64,000 nucleotides of DNA from Trichormus sp. ATA11-4-KO1 (GCA_019358915.1 JAHHIM010000021.1:13214-77213); one strand, 5' to 3'; shown: positions 11,344 through 23,665, counted from the stretch's first letter. Program-made: numbers and translations. Notes: a model not told the origin generated them from the sequence alone.

Positions 11344-11448
11344 AAGAAGAAAGAAGGAAGAGGTCTTCTTTCTTCTTGCCAAAAGGGTTGAAATCTCCCA
11401 CCACATCTATGATTTGGTAGTCTACAATTGGTGGTGGGTTTCAATCCC
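11344..11448. repeat. intergenic inverted repeats (two hairpins)
   Basis: AAGAAGAAAGAAG/CTTCTTTCTTCTT (11344-11377) and GGGTTGAAATCTCCCACCA/TGGTGGTGGGTTTCAATCCC (11385-11448). Confidence 0.55.
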
Positions 11449-11534
11449 CACTTCGACAGATGATACAGTGAGCGGCTCCGAGTGACTTGTACTGAGCCTT
11501 CTGACTCCAAACTTCTTCCTTCTTTATCACAATA

Positions 11535-12515
11535 CTAATTAACCAAGTTATTTTGCTGTAACTGTTGAATAAAGAAATCTTCTAAGGAGTGGCGAGATAA
11601 ATTCATAGAAATAATCTGTCCCCCCATTAGACGGAGACTACCCAGAAAATCATAGTAATCTTCTGGTAGTGTGCCTTGCCAAGAACCATCATGCTCAAAG
11701 ACTAAATTAGGTATCCATTTTTTGAGAATTTCCCAGTCACCACCTTGACCTTTGACATGATATGTGCTGCCAGTACCTAATAGTTCATGGAGGGAACCAG
11801 AACAAATCAATTCCCCTTGAGAGAGGATAGCAACGCGATCGCAAATTTGTTCTACTTCACTGAGAATATGGCTGTTGAAAAAAATCGTTTTACCTGCGGC
11901 TTTCAGTGATAAGATAATTTCCCGCATTTGGTAACGTCCCACAGGATCTAAACCAGACATTGGTTCATCAAGAAATATCAATTCTGGATCATTAATCAGT
12001 GCCTGTGCCATACCCACACGCTGTAACATCCCTTTAGAATAGCGGCGCATCAGTTTTTTACGTGCATCGGCTAGGGATAAACCGACTAATTCCAGCAGTT
12101 GGGGAATGCGTTGACGTTGTACACTTGGGGGAATTTGGAATAACCCAGCTGCTAGCTGCAAAAATTCCCAGCCAGTGAGATAGTCATATAAATAGGCATT
12201 TTCTGGGAGGTAGCCAATAAGTTGTTTGGTATGGCGATCGCCTAATGGCTTGCCTAATAATAATCCCTTTCCAGATGTAGGACGAATAATGCCCAATAAC
12301 AATTTTAGCAGGGTGGTTTTACCAGCACCATTTGGCCCCAGCAATCCAAAGGTTTCCCCTTTATATACTGTGACAGAACAGCTTTTGAGCGATACAACTT
12401 TTTGATTCAGCCAAAACCCCGTGCGATAGACTTTTCGCAAATCAGAAGTTAGGACTACTGGCGGCTTGTCTATATTATTCAGTGGCAAATCCAGGGTGTC
12501 TGCACCAGACTTCAT
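11535..12515 (-). CDS. ABC transporter ATP-binding protein
   Basis: Walker A GPNGAGKTT, signature YSKGM, Walker B IFLDEP, H-loop SH. Confidence 0.95.
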   Translation of the reverse strand: MKSGADTLDLPLNNIDKPPVVLTSDLRKVYRTGFWLNQKVVSLKSCSVTVYKGETFGLLGPNGAGKTTLLKLLLGIIRPTSGKGLLLGKPLGDRHTKQLIGYLPENAYLYDYLTGWEFLQLAAGLFQIPPSVQRQRIPQLLELVGLSLADARKKLMRRYSKGMLQRVGMAQALINDPELIFLDEPMSGLDPVGRYQMREIILSLKAAGKTIFFNSHILSEVEQICDRVAILSQGELICSGSLHELLGTGSTYHVKGQGGDWEILKKWIPNLVFEHDGSWQGTLPEDYYDFLGSLRLMGGQIISMNLSRHSLEDFFIQQLQQNNLVN

Positions 12516-12739
12516 CTTGGTTCAAATATATTAATTGCAGGTTACCCAATAGTTTGAAAAATCAGATGACTACTGAGTTTGTCAATTATTGCCAACCTAA
12601 TAGCTAATTGACACTAAAAGCATCAATTTTGCCAAGTATAGCGGTAGTAACATAGGTGGGGAAAGTGTTGATTGCTCAAAGCTTTGAAGCAATTGAGCTT
12701 TTAATCAGCACTCAGCACTTGGCTATAATTCTGACTATC

Positions 12740-13366
12740 CTACAGGATACCCTTGGAACTGGGAATTGTACCAGCACGACGGGGATCAATTTCCACCGCC
12801 ATACGAGTAGCCCTAGCAAAAGCTTTAAATGTCGCTTCAATAATATGATGAGAATTAATGCCATCCAGTTGGCGAATATGCAATGTCATTTGGCTATGGT
12901 TTACCAATGCTACAAAAAATTCCCGTACTAGTTGAGTGTCATAAGTTCCCACGCGCTGGGTAGGAATATCCAAGCCATAGCTGAGGTGTGGACGTCCAGA
13001 GAAATCCAAAGCCACTTGCACTAAAGCTTCGTCCAATGGTGCGAGAAAATTACCAAAACGCACAATACCTTTTCTATTGCCTAGTGCCTGACTGAAAGCT
13101 TGCCCTAAAGTGATACCCACATCTTCATTTGTGTGGTGGTCATCAATTTCCCAGTCTCCCTTGGCTTGGACATTTAAGTCAATCAGTCCGTGGGAAGCAA
13201 TTTGATGCAACATGTGATCCAAAAACGGAATCCCGGTTGCTGCTGTACAAATTCCTGTCCCATCCAAGTTGATGGTAACTTGCACATCAGTTTCACCCGT
13301 AGTGCGGTGAACAGAGGCAATGCGAGAAGTTTGAGTTAAATTAATTTGGCGTTCGCTTGTTTGCAT
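12740..13366 (-). CDS. hisB: imidazoleglycerol-phosphate dehydratase
   Basis: [29 protein letters not shown] and PSSKG motifs. Confidence 0.97.
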   Translation of the reverse strand: MQTSERQINLTQTSRIASVHRTTGETDVQVTINLDGTGICTAATGIPFLDHMLHQIASHGLIDLNVQAKGDWEIDDHHTNEDVGITLGQAFSQALGNRKGIVRFGNFLAPLDEALVQVALDFSGRPHLSYGLDIPTQRVGTYDTQLVREFFVALVNHSQMTLHIRQLDGINSHHIIEATFKAFARATRMAVEIDPRRAGTIPSSKGIL

Positions 13367-13380
13367 AGGTAATGGGGACA

Positions 13381-13444
13381 AATTAATTAAAAATTAAAAA
13401 TTAAAAATTAAGAATTTTACATTTTTAATTTTTAATTTTTAATT
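13381..13444. repeat. heptamer tandem repeats (AAATTAA)n and their inverse, forming a hairpin
   Basis: aattaaaaattaaaaattaaaaatt ... atttttaatttttaatttttaatt between fabI and hisB. Confidence 0.7.
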
Positions 13445-13462
13445 CTCTATGTCCAAATTATC

Positions 13463-14239
13463 TTACATTCCCATGATTTCATATCCTGCATCTACATACA
13501 GGACTTGCCCAGTAATGCCACTAGCTAAATCGCTGGATAAGAATGCAGCTGTGTTGCCGACTTCTTGCTGGGTGACGGTGCGTCGTAGGGGGGCTACTTG
13601 TTCTACATGGTGAATCATATCTAAGATTCCGCCTACTGCTGACGATGCCAATGTCCGAATTGGCCCGGCGGAGATGGCATTTACCCGAATGTTTTTTGGC
13701 CCTAGTTCAGCCGCTAAATAACGCACACTTGCTTCTAATCCGGCTTTTGCTACTCCCATAACGTTGTAGTTGGGAACAGCCCTAACCCCGCCTAAATAAG
13801 TCAGGGTAATAATACTACCACCCTCTGTCATCAGTGGTTTTGCTGCACCACTTAACTGGACTAAAGAGTAAGTGCTGATTTCTAAAGCAGTTTGGAAACC
13901 AGAACGAGAAGTTTGGCTAAAACCTCCACTCAAATCGTCTTTGTTGGCAAAGGCAAGACAATGGATGAGAATGTCTAGTTTTCCCCACTTTTCACGGATT
14001 GCTGCAAAAGTAGATTGAATTTGTTCGTCATTTTGCACATTACAGGGAACAAATAAACTGGGGTTGAGAGGTTCTACCAATTCTGCAACTTTTTTCTCCA
14101 TTTTGCCTCGGTCATCTGGCAGGTAGGTAATACCCAAGTTAGCTCCCGCTTTGTGCAGTTGTTGAGCAATCCCCCAGGCGATGGAGCGGTTATTGGCAAT
14201 ACCTGTAACCAGGGCATTTTTTCCAGTCAGATTAAGCAT
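13463..14239 (-). CDS. fabI: enoyl-ACP reductase
   Basis: GIANNRSIAWGIA, YNVMGVAKAGLE, NAISAGPIRTLA. Confidence 0.97.
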   Translation of the reverse strand: MLNLTGKNALVTGIANNRSIAWGIAQQLHKAGANLGITYLPDDRGKMEKKVAELVEPLNPSLFVPCNVQNDEQIQSTFAAIREKWGKLDILIHCLAFANKDDLSGGFSQTSRSGFQTALEISTYSLVQLSGAAKPLMTEGGSIITLTYLGGVRAVPNYNVMGVAKAGLEASVRYLAAELGPKNIRVNAISAGPIRTLASSAVGGILDMIHHVEQVAPLRRTVTQQEVGNTAAFLSSDLASGITGQVLYVDAGYEIMGM

Positions 14240-14472
14240 AGAAAGTGTGAATGTGATCAATCATTAGGAGCATACTAGAATCTGAGGCGAGTTTGTCTTT
14301 GTTTTGCACAACATTTGCAAAAATGAATATTAGAGGGGCTGTTTTCAGAAAAATTTCTCTAGATAATCCTTAAGATATTCTCAAGATATCGTGAATTTTT
14401 TGCCAAAAAACCTGATGACCACAACTGTGCAAGTACTTATAACAACTACTAGCTAAAAAGATGAAAAATTAT

Positions 14473-14526
14473 GTATCATTATGAACAAATAACTGTGAAG
14501 TTGTGGGTTTGAGTATAGGAATGCAC
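14473..14526 (+). promoter_or_regulatory. two NtcA-box-like sites in the ntcA promoter (autoregulation)
   Basis: GTATCATTATGAAC (14473-14486) and GTATAGGAATGCAC (14513-14526), 40 bp apart, each one mismatch from GTAN8TAC. Confidence 0.6.
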
Positions 14527-14614
14527 AGAAAGGTTGACGGTGCTTTATTAATTTTTCAGGTGTATTCTTAGGTAATCAGTTTTTGTTTTTCCGGCATTGG
14601 GTAGGGGAAGGGAG

Positions 14615-15286
14615 ATGATCGTGACACAAGATAAAGCCCTAGCAAATGTATTTCGTCAGATGGCGACCGGAGCGTTTCCGCCAGTTGTGGAAACGTTTGA
14701 ACGCAATAAAACGATCTTTTTTCCCGGAGATCCTGCTGAACGAGTTTATTTCCTTTTAAAGGGTGCTGTGAAACTTTCCAGGGTGTACGAAGCAGGAGAG
14801 GAAATAACGGTAGCACTGCTGCGGGAAAATAGTGTTTTTGGTGTGTTGTCATTGCTGACGGGAAATAAGTCCGATAGATTTTACCATGCAGTAGCATTTA
14901 CCCCGGTAGAATTGTTGTCAGCGCCCATTGAACAAGTGGAGCAAGCACTCAAGGAAAATCCAGAATTATCGATGTTAATGCTGCGGGGACTATCTTCGCG
15001 GATTTTACAGACAGAGATGATGATTGAAACCCTAGCTCACCGAGATATGGGATCGAGATTGGTGAGTTTTTTGTTGATTCTTTGTCGTGATTTTGGCATT
15101 CCTTGTGCAGATGGGATTACGATTGATCTCAAGCTATCTCATCAAGCGATCGCAGAAGCAATTGGCTCTACTCGTGTAACTGTAACCAGGTTACTAGGGG
15201 ACTTGCGTGAGAAAAAGATGATTTCTATCCACAAAAAGAAGATTACCGTGCACAAACCTGTTACCTTAAGTAGGCAGTTCACTTAA
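14615..15286 (+). CDS. ntcA: global nitrogen regulator NtcA (CRP family), 223 aa
   Basis: [28 protein letters not shown]...[21 protein letters not shown]; canonical neighbourhood. Confidence 0.98.
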   Translation: MIVTQDKALANVFRQMATGAFPPVVETFERNKTIFFPGDPAERVYFLLKGAVKLSRVYEAGEEITVALLRENSVFGVLSLLTGNKSDRFYHAVAFTPVELLSAPIEQVEQALKENPELSMLMLRGLSSRILQTEMMIETLAHRDMGSRLVSFLLILCRDFGIPCADGITIDLKLSHQAIAEAIGSTRVTVTRLLGDLREKKMISIHKKKITVHKPVTLSRQFT

Positions 15287-15478
15287 AAGCAATTGAGGGA
15301 GGTGGAGTGGCACGTGTTGTATTTTTAAAGATGACACCCATAGCTGGAGGTAAATCTAAAATCGTGAGTAGTTTCAGCTATTGCCAACATTCCATCTTCC
15401 ACAAGATAATGATCGAAAGTAGTAGGCTGTATCTGGAAGCAATATGCATCCGGCACAATGCGTGAACGGTAGCTGAAG

Positions 15479-16921
15479 ATGACCACCGGGTACATCCTGA
15501 TCGCAGCAATTTTAATTTTGGGGGGTGTGATTGCCACTGTGGGCGATCGCATTGGCACGCGAGTTGGCAAAGCACGCCTCTCATTATTTAAACTTCGTCC
15601 CAAAAACACGGCTGTACTAGTAACTATTTTTACTGGTGGGTTAATTTCGGCATCAACCTTAGGAATCTTATTTGCTGCTGATGAAGGATTGCGGCAAGGA
15701 GTATTTGAGCTAGAGGATATTCAAAAAGACCTGAGGGACAAACGAGAACAGCTAAAAGTTGCAGAAACCCAAAAAAGCCAAGTAGAAAGTGAATTAGGCC
15801 AAGCTAGAAAAGAACAAGCAAAGGCACAGTCAGACTTACAAGCAATCAACAAGTCGTTGCAGGCAGCTAACGCCAAACAACAACAAACCCAAGCCCAACT
15901 GAACCGCACCATTAGCCGACAGGCCCAAACCCAAGCACAACTCCAACGCACCCAAAGTCAGTTAGGTCAAGTAGTTAATCGCTATCAACAAGCCATAACT
16001 GAATTGCAAAGCGTTTATGATCAAAGAGAAGCATTACAGGCAGCAGTTGAAGAACTCAGAGCAGAACGCGAACGACTGTATGCTGAAGCGAAAAAAGCCA
16101 TAGACCAAGCCAAAACAGCTATTGATCAGCGTGATCGCAAAATTGCTGAACTCGATGGACTGATTCAAAAGCGTAATCAAGAAATAGCTGCGCGAGAGCA
16201 AGTGATCGCTACAAGGGAAGCTCGCCTCAAAGAATTAGAAAGACAACAAAATTATTTAGGACAAGAAGTGGCAAGACTGGAGAAGTCATATCTTGACCTA
16301 CGTGTAGGCAAGTTGGCGTTGGTTCGCGGTCAAGTTTTGGCTGCGGGCGTAATTCGCGTTAATCAAGACATAGTGACTGCCCGTCAGGTGGTAATGCAAC
16401 TTTTACAGGAAGCTAACCGCAATGCCAACATTGAATTAACAGAACCTGGTGCCAGTCCGACAAATGAAGATATTTTACGCGTTACCCAAGAGATGCTTGA
16501 TCAGCTGATCAAGCAGATTAATGATGGTCGAGAATACGTCGTGCGAATTTTCTCGGCTGGCAACTACGTTCGGGGAGAAAACCAGATCGAATTTTTTGCA
16601 GATGCAGCACGAAATCAACTAGTATTTTCGGGAAGCGAGGTATTGGCTACAACTACTGCCGATCCCAAAACCATGACAACTTATCAGCTGCGGCAAAGAC
16701 TGGATTTATTAATTTCTGCTTCTCAATTTCGTGCCCGTAATGCCGGAATTGTTGAAAGTGTACAAATAGATGGTACTTTTTTACGCTTTTTCTCTCAACT
16801 AAGGCAGTATGATCAACCGTTGGAAATTAAAGCGATCGCGGCGGAGGACACTTATACAGCTGGGCCGTTAAGAGTAAGACTATTGGCAATCCTCAACGGG
16901 GAAGTTATTTTTAGTACCTAA
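15479..16921 (+). CDS. DUF3084 domain-containing coiled-coil membrane protein
   Basis: GGVIATVGDRIGTRVGKARLSLFKLRPKNTA, long coiled coil; conserved downstream of ntcA. Confidence 0.85.
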   Translation: MTTGYILIAAILILGGVIATVGDRIGTRVGKARLSLFKLRPKNTAVLVTIFTGGLISASTLGILFAADEGLRQGVFELEDIQKDLRDKREQLKVAETQKSQVESELGQARKEQAKAQSDLQAINKSLQAANAKQQQTQAQLNRTISRQAQTQAQLQRTQSQLGQVVNRYQQAITELQSVYDQREALQAAVEELRAERERLYAEAKKAIDQAKTAIDQRDRKIAELDGLIQKRNQEIAAREQVIATREARLKELERQQNYLGQEVARLEKSYLDLRVGKLALVRGQVLAAGVIRVNQDIVTARQVVMQLLQEANRNANIELTEPGASPTNEDILRVTQEMLDQLIKQINDGREYVVRIFSAGNYVRGENQIEFFADAARNQLVFSGSEVLATTTADPKTMTTYQLRQRLDLLISASQFRARNAGIVESVQIDGTFLRFFSQLRQYDQPLEIKAIAAEDTYTAGPLRVRLLAILNGEVIFST

Positions 16922-16965
16922 TAATATTTAAATCAAAATATTTATCGGATTTAAAAGTATTTGAT

Positions 16966-17412
16966 ATGACTTTCAGTGAATTTTCACCAACACAACCAGT
17001 TATCTTGGGCTTTGATCCAGGTAAAGATAAGTGTGGTTTAGCAGTCATGGGATTGGATCGACAACTATATTATCACCAAGTTGTGCCCGCACAAAAAGCG
17101 ATCGCTACCATTGAAACACTGCGTCAACAGTTTCCGGTTTCCTTGCTGGTTATGGGTGACCAAACCACAGCTAAACGGTGGAAACAGCAACTCCATCAGG
17201 AATTGACAGAGCAGCTAAATATCATCTTAGTAGATGAGCGCTACAGTACCTTAGAAGCACGCGATCGCTATTGGCAGATGTACCCACCTAAAGGACTAAC
17301 AAAGTTATTGCCACAGGGGATGAGACAGCCACCACGACCCATAGATGACATTGTTGCTCTCTTGTTGATTGAAAGATACTTAAATCGCTTAACTACAAGT
17401 GCTGAGTGCTGA
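16966..17412 (+). CDS. yqgF: YqgF/RuvX-like pre-16S rRNA-processing nuclease
   Basis: ILGFDPG, VDERYSTLEAR and DDIVA RNase H-fold motifs. Confidence 0.85.
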   Translation: MTFSEFSPTQPVILGFDPGKDKCGLAVMGLDRQLYYHQVVPAQKAIATIETLRQQFPVSLLVMGDQTTAKRWKQQLHQELTEQLNIILVDERYSTLEARDRYWQMYPPKGLTKLLPQGMRQPPRPIDDIVALLLIERYLNRLTTSAEC

Positions 17413-17524
17413 GTGCTGAGTGCTGAGTCAAGAATTAGCCTCTAGCTTCTAGTCCCTGTGCAAGTGCTGAGTGCTGAGTCAAGAACTAGCCTCTAGCTTT
17501 TAGTCCTTGTGCAAGTGCTGAGTG
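17399..17524. repeat. (GTGCTGA)n heptamer array containing a 51-bp tandem duplication
   Basis: Near-identical units at 17413-17463 and 17464-17514; related copy near 18090-18137. Confidence 0.75.
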
Positions 17525-17544
17525 TAATGACTAATGACCAACGA

Positions 17545-17835
17545 CTATAATTCAGCCCGAATAATAAAGGCATAATCTCCTCCAGGTTCTAGCTGATAAT
17601 CTTGTTTCTCTAAAAAGCGGCCAAGAGGTTCTTTAATCAAGGCGCGACCTTGGGAAGGTTTGACGGACAGTTCTCCCCGGCGGAAATGCCACTGGAAATG
17701 CCACTCGAAGTCACCCGCGCTAACTTCACCCTCAAGAAAGCCGTGTTGCCAGGATTGGCGGATAATTCTGACATGGGCAATGGTTTCTGGCAGACGTTTG
17801 GCACTCACAATGCTTGGTGTCACGTGTGGAATCAT
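17545..17835 (-). CDS. DUF3146 family protein
   Basis: LPETIAHVRI..QSWQ.G.LEGEV.AG.F.W.F.W.F...L...PS.GRALI.EPL.RFLE..DY.LEPGGDY; start may be the downstream GTG. Confidence 0.8.
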   Translation of the reverse strand: MIPHVTPSIVSAKRLPETIAHVRIIRQSWQHGFLEGEVSAGDFEWHFQWHFRRGELSVKPSQGRALIKEPLGRFLEKQDYQLEPGGDYAFIIRAEL

Positions 17836-18216
17836 AGCCGAATAAATAGGCTACTTCTTTTATTTACCAAACTTCTCTTAAATCGACAAATAGACAAAGT
17901 GAGTATTTGCAGTTGATCATGTTGAACTGTCGGATGATTTAACCAGCAGCTACTAGCTACTTGCCAAAAAACAGACTTAATGCATTAAAACGCAATCTAT
18001 CCTAAATAATTGAACAAGAAGGAGGATCATTCTTCTTCCTTCTGACTTGAAAGTGGTGAGTGCGCTTGTCCTGAGCGAAGTCGAAGGGGAGTGCTGAGTG
18101 CTGAGTAAAAATTCCAGTCTCTAGCTTCTAGTCTCTCTTTCATACTTGGCTGTGAAACTCGTTTCATCGGAACTTCCCTCTGATTTCTGACTTCGTTAAA
18201 CCTGTATTTATCATTT

Positions 18217-18639
18217 TTAAGACAAGGAATAACCGGTGGCTTTTTGCACAAATTTTAAAACTTTTTCATATGATTCCGGATTACTTACTGGGTTTATAAT
18301 GATGGGGATAGTACCATCAGGTAACCAAAAAGTTATCCTGCCATTAGATTCCTGACAAAAAGAACTGATGCAGGTGAGGTTAATTATATATTCACTTTTC
18401 TCATAAATAATTTTCACCCAATAGGCGTTATCTAGTTCCAATCCGGTAACATGTTCTAGATATTCCAGAACTTTTTGATAGTCTACTAAATTACTTTGCG
18501 GGTTAATTACAATAGGGATAGCACTATCGGGTAACCAAAAGGTAACCCTGCCGTTCTTTTCATAACAAAAAGCATTAACACGGTCGAAATTAACTACATA
18601 TTCTTTCCTCTCGTAAAGGATTTTCACCCAGTACGCCAC
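18217..18639 (-). CDS. hypothetical protein made of two tandem ~70-aa repeats
   Basis: AAGGAGA RBS and GTG start; AYWVKI.YE..EY..N...F....NGR.TFWLPD..IPI.INP.SN...Y.KVL occurs twice. Confidence 0.85.
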   Translation of the reverse strand: MAYWVKILYERKEYVVNFDRVNAFCYEKNGRVTFWLPDSAIPIVINPQSNLVDYQKVLEYLEHVTGLELDNAYWVKIIYEKSEYIINLTCISSFCQESNGRITFWLPDGTIPIIINPVSNPESYEKVLKFVQKATGYSLS

Positions 18640-18770
18640 AACATCTCCTTAAGTTTGAAGTTTATGAATGATGCACCCTGTGTATAACCGAAAATCTCCT
18701 CAATTCCTAAGTCAATGTTGCTATGTGCTAATTCAAAACTCAAAAAATATTTTTTTGAGTTTTGAATTAA

Positions 18771-20438
<1,668 letters not shown>

Positions 20439-20498
20439 TCAAAATACATCCCGTCATTGTGCCACAGTCACTGTGGTGAAATCTTCTGTGCTGTTGTC

Positions 20499-22334
20499 GT
20501 GAAAAAACTTCTAGGATTAGTAATATTAGGCTGTATTGTTACCTCCTCTGTAGCCTTGGCAGGAATGGCTGCGCCACGCATATCATCGCTTTTAGTTGTT
20601 TATCCCCCAACCAACCACCAGACAAGTGCGGAAAAAATATTCTTGATTGGCACAGCACCACCAGATGCGCAGGTTCTCATCAATGGTAAGCCAATTAACC
20701 GCAGTCAGGCAGGTCATTTTTCCCCAAGTTTTCCTTTGCAGTTGGGAGAGAATCTCTTTACTGTACGTCACCGCCACCAAGAACTGGAAATTAAAGTTAC
20801 CAGGCTTTCTACTCAGCCTGAGTTACCGCAGGGGTTAGCCTTTGCTAAAGGTTCTTTGTCTCCCGCAGCTGACATTACCAGACTACCAGGAGAACTAATT
20901 TGTTTTAGCGCGATCGCACCCCCTCAAGCCAGTGTATCTGTGAAACTGGCAAATCAAAATATTGTCCTTGCACCCCAACCCCAACAGGTAAGTTTACCAA
21001 GTAATTCGGCTGCCCTCACGGGAAGCAACCAGCCTACTACCCAGTCTATTCCCGGAAAGTATGAGGGTTGTACTACAGTTCAACCACCTAGTTCCCTCAT
21101 CTACGGTAACAATATCATTTCTGGTGCTGTGGTTCCCGATGCCAGTAAAAACCTTGATTTAGGTAAACCGGAATTTCAACTGACACTGAATGGCAAGACG
21201 ATAACTCAACCAGGAACTGGCAAGATTCAAATCCTCTCACCCTCCAACTTGCAAGTTGCTGAGGTGGTAGTAGATGCAGGCGTAGCACGTACTGGACCAA
21301 GTACCGATTATTCTCGACTCACCCCACTACCTCAAGGAACACAGGCATCAATTACTGGAAGTGAGGGTGAATGGTTACGCCTAGACTATGGCGGTTGGAT
21401 TAATAGTCAGGAGACTCGTGTTTTACCAGGTGCTATTCCGCCACGCACAACTATTCGCAGTGTCGGATATCGCCGAAATCCCAGTGCCACAGAGATAGTT
21501 TTCCCCTTACAAGTTCCAGTTCCCGTGAGCGTGCAACAAAGTGATGATAAATTTACCCTCACACTTTACAACACTACTGCCCAAACAGATACAATTCGTC
21601 TAGATGATGACCCTGTAATTTCTCGTCTAGATTGGCAGCAGGTAGCTCCAGGACAAGCACAATACACCTTTAACCTCAAAAAAGCTCAACAGTGGGGATA
21701 TAAGCTGAAATACGACAATACAACCCTGGTTTTAGCTTTACGTCATCCGCCGACAATGGGTCGTGAAAGACGCAATCCGCTATCTGGTATCAAGATTTTA
21801 CTCGATCCAGGGCATGGAGGCAAAGAATCGGGGGCGATCGGTCCGACTGGATATACAGAAAAAGAAGTCAATTTAGTCGTATCCCAGTTATTGCGTGATC
21901 AATTAGTGAAACTAGGGGCAACAGTAGTCATGACTAGAGACACTGATATGGAAGTTTCCCTAGGCGATCGCATGGCCATGATACATCGAGAAGCACCCGC
22001 GATCGCCCTATCCATACATTACAATGCCTTACCCGATAGTGGTGACGCTGAGAACACCAAGGGAATCGGCACTTTCTGGTATCATCCCCAAGCCCACAGC
22101 CTAGCTATATTTATGCATAATTATTTAGTGAAAAAGCTAGATAGACCTTCCTACGGCGTATTTTGGAACAACCTAGCGCTAACCCGTCCCCATGCAGCAC
22201 CCTCAGTATTATTGGAATTAGGTTTTATGATCAACCCCGAAGAATTTGAATGGATAGAAAATCCCCAAGCACAGCAAAAATTAGCCAAAGCTTTGGCTGA
22301 TGGGGTTGTAGAGTGGTTTAAAACTAGGGAATAG
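20499..22334 (+). CDS. N-acetylmuramoyl-L-alanine amidase (SH3/AMIN + Amidase_3)
   Basis: Signal peptide; LDPGHGG, EKEVNL, SIHYNA and LLELGF motifs. Confidence 0.92.
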   Translation: MKKLLGLVILGCIVTSSVALAGMAAPRISSLLVVYPPTNHQTSAEKIFLIGTAPPDAQVLINGKPINRSQAGHFSPSFPLQLGENLFTVRHRHQELEIKVTRLSTQPELPQGLAFAKGSLSPAADITRLPGELICFSAIAPPQASVSVKLANQNIVLAPQPQQVSLPSNSAALTGSNQPTTQSIPGKYEGCTTVQPPSSLIYGNNIISGAVVPDASKNLDLGKPEFQLTLNGKTITQPGTGKIQILSPSNLQVAEVVVDAGVARTGPSTDYSRLTPLPQGTQASITGSEGEWLRLDYGGWINSQETRVLPGAIPPRTTIRSVGYRRNPSATEIVFPLQVPVPVSVQQSDDKFTLTLYNTTAQTDTIRLDDDPVISRLDWQQVAPGQAQYTFNLKKAQQWGYKLKYDNTTLVLALRHPPTMGRERRNPLSGIKILLDPGHGGKESGAIGPTGYTEKEVNLVVSQLLRDQLVKLGATVVMTRDTDMEVSLGDRMAMIHREAPAIALSIHYNALPDSGDAENTKGIGTFWYHPQAHSLAIFMHNYLVKKLDRPSYGVFWNNLALTRPHAAPSVLLELGFMINPEEFEWIENPQAQQKLAKALADGVVEWFKTRE

Positions 22335-22429
22335 GGAGTGGGGAAGGTGAGGCCTCCTCTGGGGATAAGGGGCAATGGGGAGTGGGGAATGCTAGTTTGA
22401 AGAGTAGAGCATTGCATAAGAGCTAAACC

Positions 22430-22681
22430 ATGTCATCCACAGCAGTTATCACAATTGTCAAGATGTTAGAATCTTTACCCGTTGAGGTACAAGAGCGTGT
22501 TGCAGAGCATCTTCGAGAGTATATTGAAGACTTGCAAGATGAGATGAAATGGCATGAGTTGTTTCAACGCAGTCAATCAAAACTTGTTGCTGCTGCACAA
22601 AGAGCCAAACAGGAAATTACCGAGGGACAAGCAACAGCTAGAAATAAACTTAGTGATAGAAGGCTTGTCGCAAACTTATAA
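22430..22681 (+). CDS. small hypothetical protein resembling a type II antitoxin
   Basis: LESLPVEVQERVAEHLREYIEDLQDEMKW...AKQEI helical pattern; no toxin gene follows. Confidence 0.6.
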   Translation: MSSTAVITIVKMLESLPVEVQERVAEHLREYIEDLQDEMKWHELFQRSQSKLVAAAQRAKQEITEGQATARNKLSDRRLVANL

Positions 22682-23269
22682 CTATTTCTGGGCTTCAGTA
22701 CTTGGCTGTAATTGGCTAGTAGCGTGGAGTTTAATAAAACTATCAAATGCGTACCATGCCAACACATACCAAGGTATAATTTCTACTTGCAAACCTTGAA
22801 TCAGCAATTGCCTAACAGCAAGCATACTAAGTCCTAAAGGAAAAATAAAACGCAAGTCTACCTCACCGTTTGTTGCCTGTTCAAATTGCTTGTTTAAGTT
22901 AGTAATTGCGCTGGTGATATTCGTTGCAGCTTCAGATTTTCCTTCAGTAATATCTGTGAAAACAACTCCTAAATTTAGTAATGTGGCGAACACATTTTCC
23001 AAGGTTTCATCTTTTCCATCATAGTTAACAACAATACTGCCGTAAGGAATATTTATCTGTATCTGACTGATGTTAGGTTGTGCTTTTAATGTTGTAGCAA
23101 GGCGTTGCATTTCTCTAGCATGGCGGTGGGGTTGAGCAATTCTCAACCTTAGTCGTCCTGGGGTATCACTAATGATTTTCGTAGATATAGGTTTAGATAA
23201 CTTGTTAAAGCTTGCTTGCTCAATAATTTTGGCTATTTTGGTGGGATTACCATGACTGTTAATTAACAC
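22682..23269 (-). CDS. HMA2 domain-containing protein
   Basis: ISDTPGRLRLR...GSIVVNY HMA2 signature; C-terminal DLRFIFP..IPWYVLAWYAFDSFIKL. Confidence 0.82.
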   Translation of the reverse strand: MLINSHGNPTKIAKIIEQASFNKLSKPISTKIISDTPGRLRLRIAQPHRHAREMQRLATTLKAQPNISQIQINIPYGSIVVNYDGKDETLENVFATLLNLGVVFTDITEGKSEAATNITSAITNLNKQFEQATNGEVDLRFIFPLGLSMLAVRQLLIQGLQVEIIPWYVLAWYAFDSFIKLHATSQLQPSTEAQK

Positions 23270-23312
23270 ACAGCCGACCTCCTAATTGATATTTTTGATT
23301 TTGCAATGGCTC

Positions 23313-23338
23313 GTAGTGAGGACTAAATTCCTCACTAC
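23313..23338. repeat. GTAG-type REP-like palindrome
   Basis: GTAGTGAGGA-CTAAAT-TCCTCACTAC perfect 10-bp stem. Confidence 0.6.
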
Positions 23339-23356
23339 AAACTTTCATTGGCCGAT

Positions 23357-23665
23357 TTATACGCCATGATCTCCTGGATTGTCGCCAGGAGTGCTAGCAG
23401 CTTCAAATGCAGGGGTTTCTCTTTCCTCAGCAATTTCCGCCTTTGCTTCGGCTATAATGTCTTCCCAGGTTTCGCCCATTTCTGCAAATGCTCCTCTGCT
23501 TTTTTCGTAGGCGACAATTCCACCTTTGATGAGTGACTTGGCTAAGGGTTTACCAATTCCTGCCACAACAGGAATGATCACAGGTGCCAGTAGTACCGCC
23601 CCAATACCAGCTATAATTCCAGGAGCGCCAGCGTCTTCAACGAAATCAGTAATTTTAGGTGCCAT
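23357..23665 (-). CDS. DUF5132 domain-containing protein
   Basis: GIGAVLLAPVIIP..GKPLAKSLIKGGI.AYEK....AE.GE.WEDIIAEAKAE. Confidence 0.85.
   Translation of the reverse strand: MAPKITDFVEDAGAPGIIAGIGAVLLAPVIIPVVAGIGKPLAKSLIKGGIVAYEKSRGAFAEMGETWEDIIAEAKAEIAEERETPAFEAASTPGDNPGDHGV

Noticed and set aside
11385..11448. GTTTCAATCCC / GGGTTGAAA resembling cyanobacterial CRISPR repeat ends
   Set aside because: The two motifs are inverted and form a single hairpin; there is no direct-repeat/spacer periodicity and no cas gene
11325..11510. N-terminal extension of the GNAT ORF in the ORF track
   Set aside because: Translates intergenic repeats; the family N-terminus starts at ATG 11324
17399..17524. 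Repeat-spacer-like pattern after yqgF
   Set aside because: The intervening segments are near-identical, so this is a tandem duplication and not a CRISPR array
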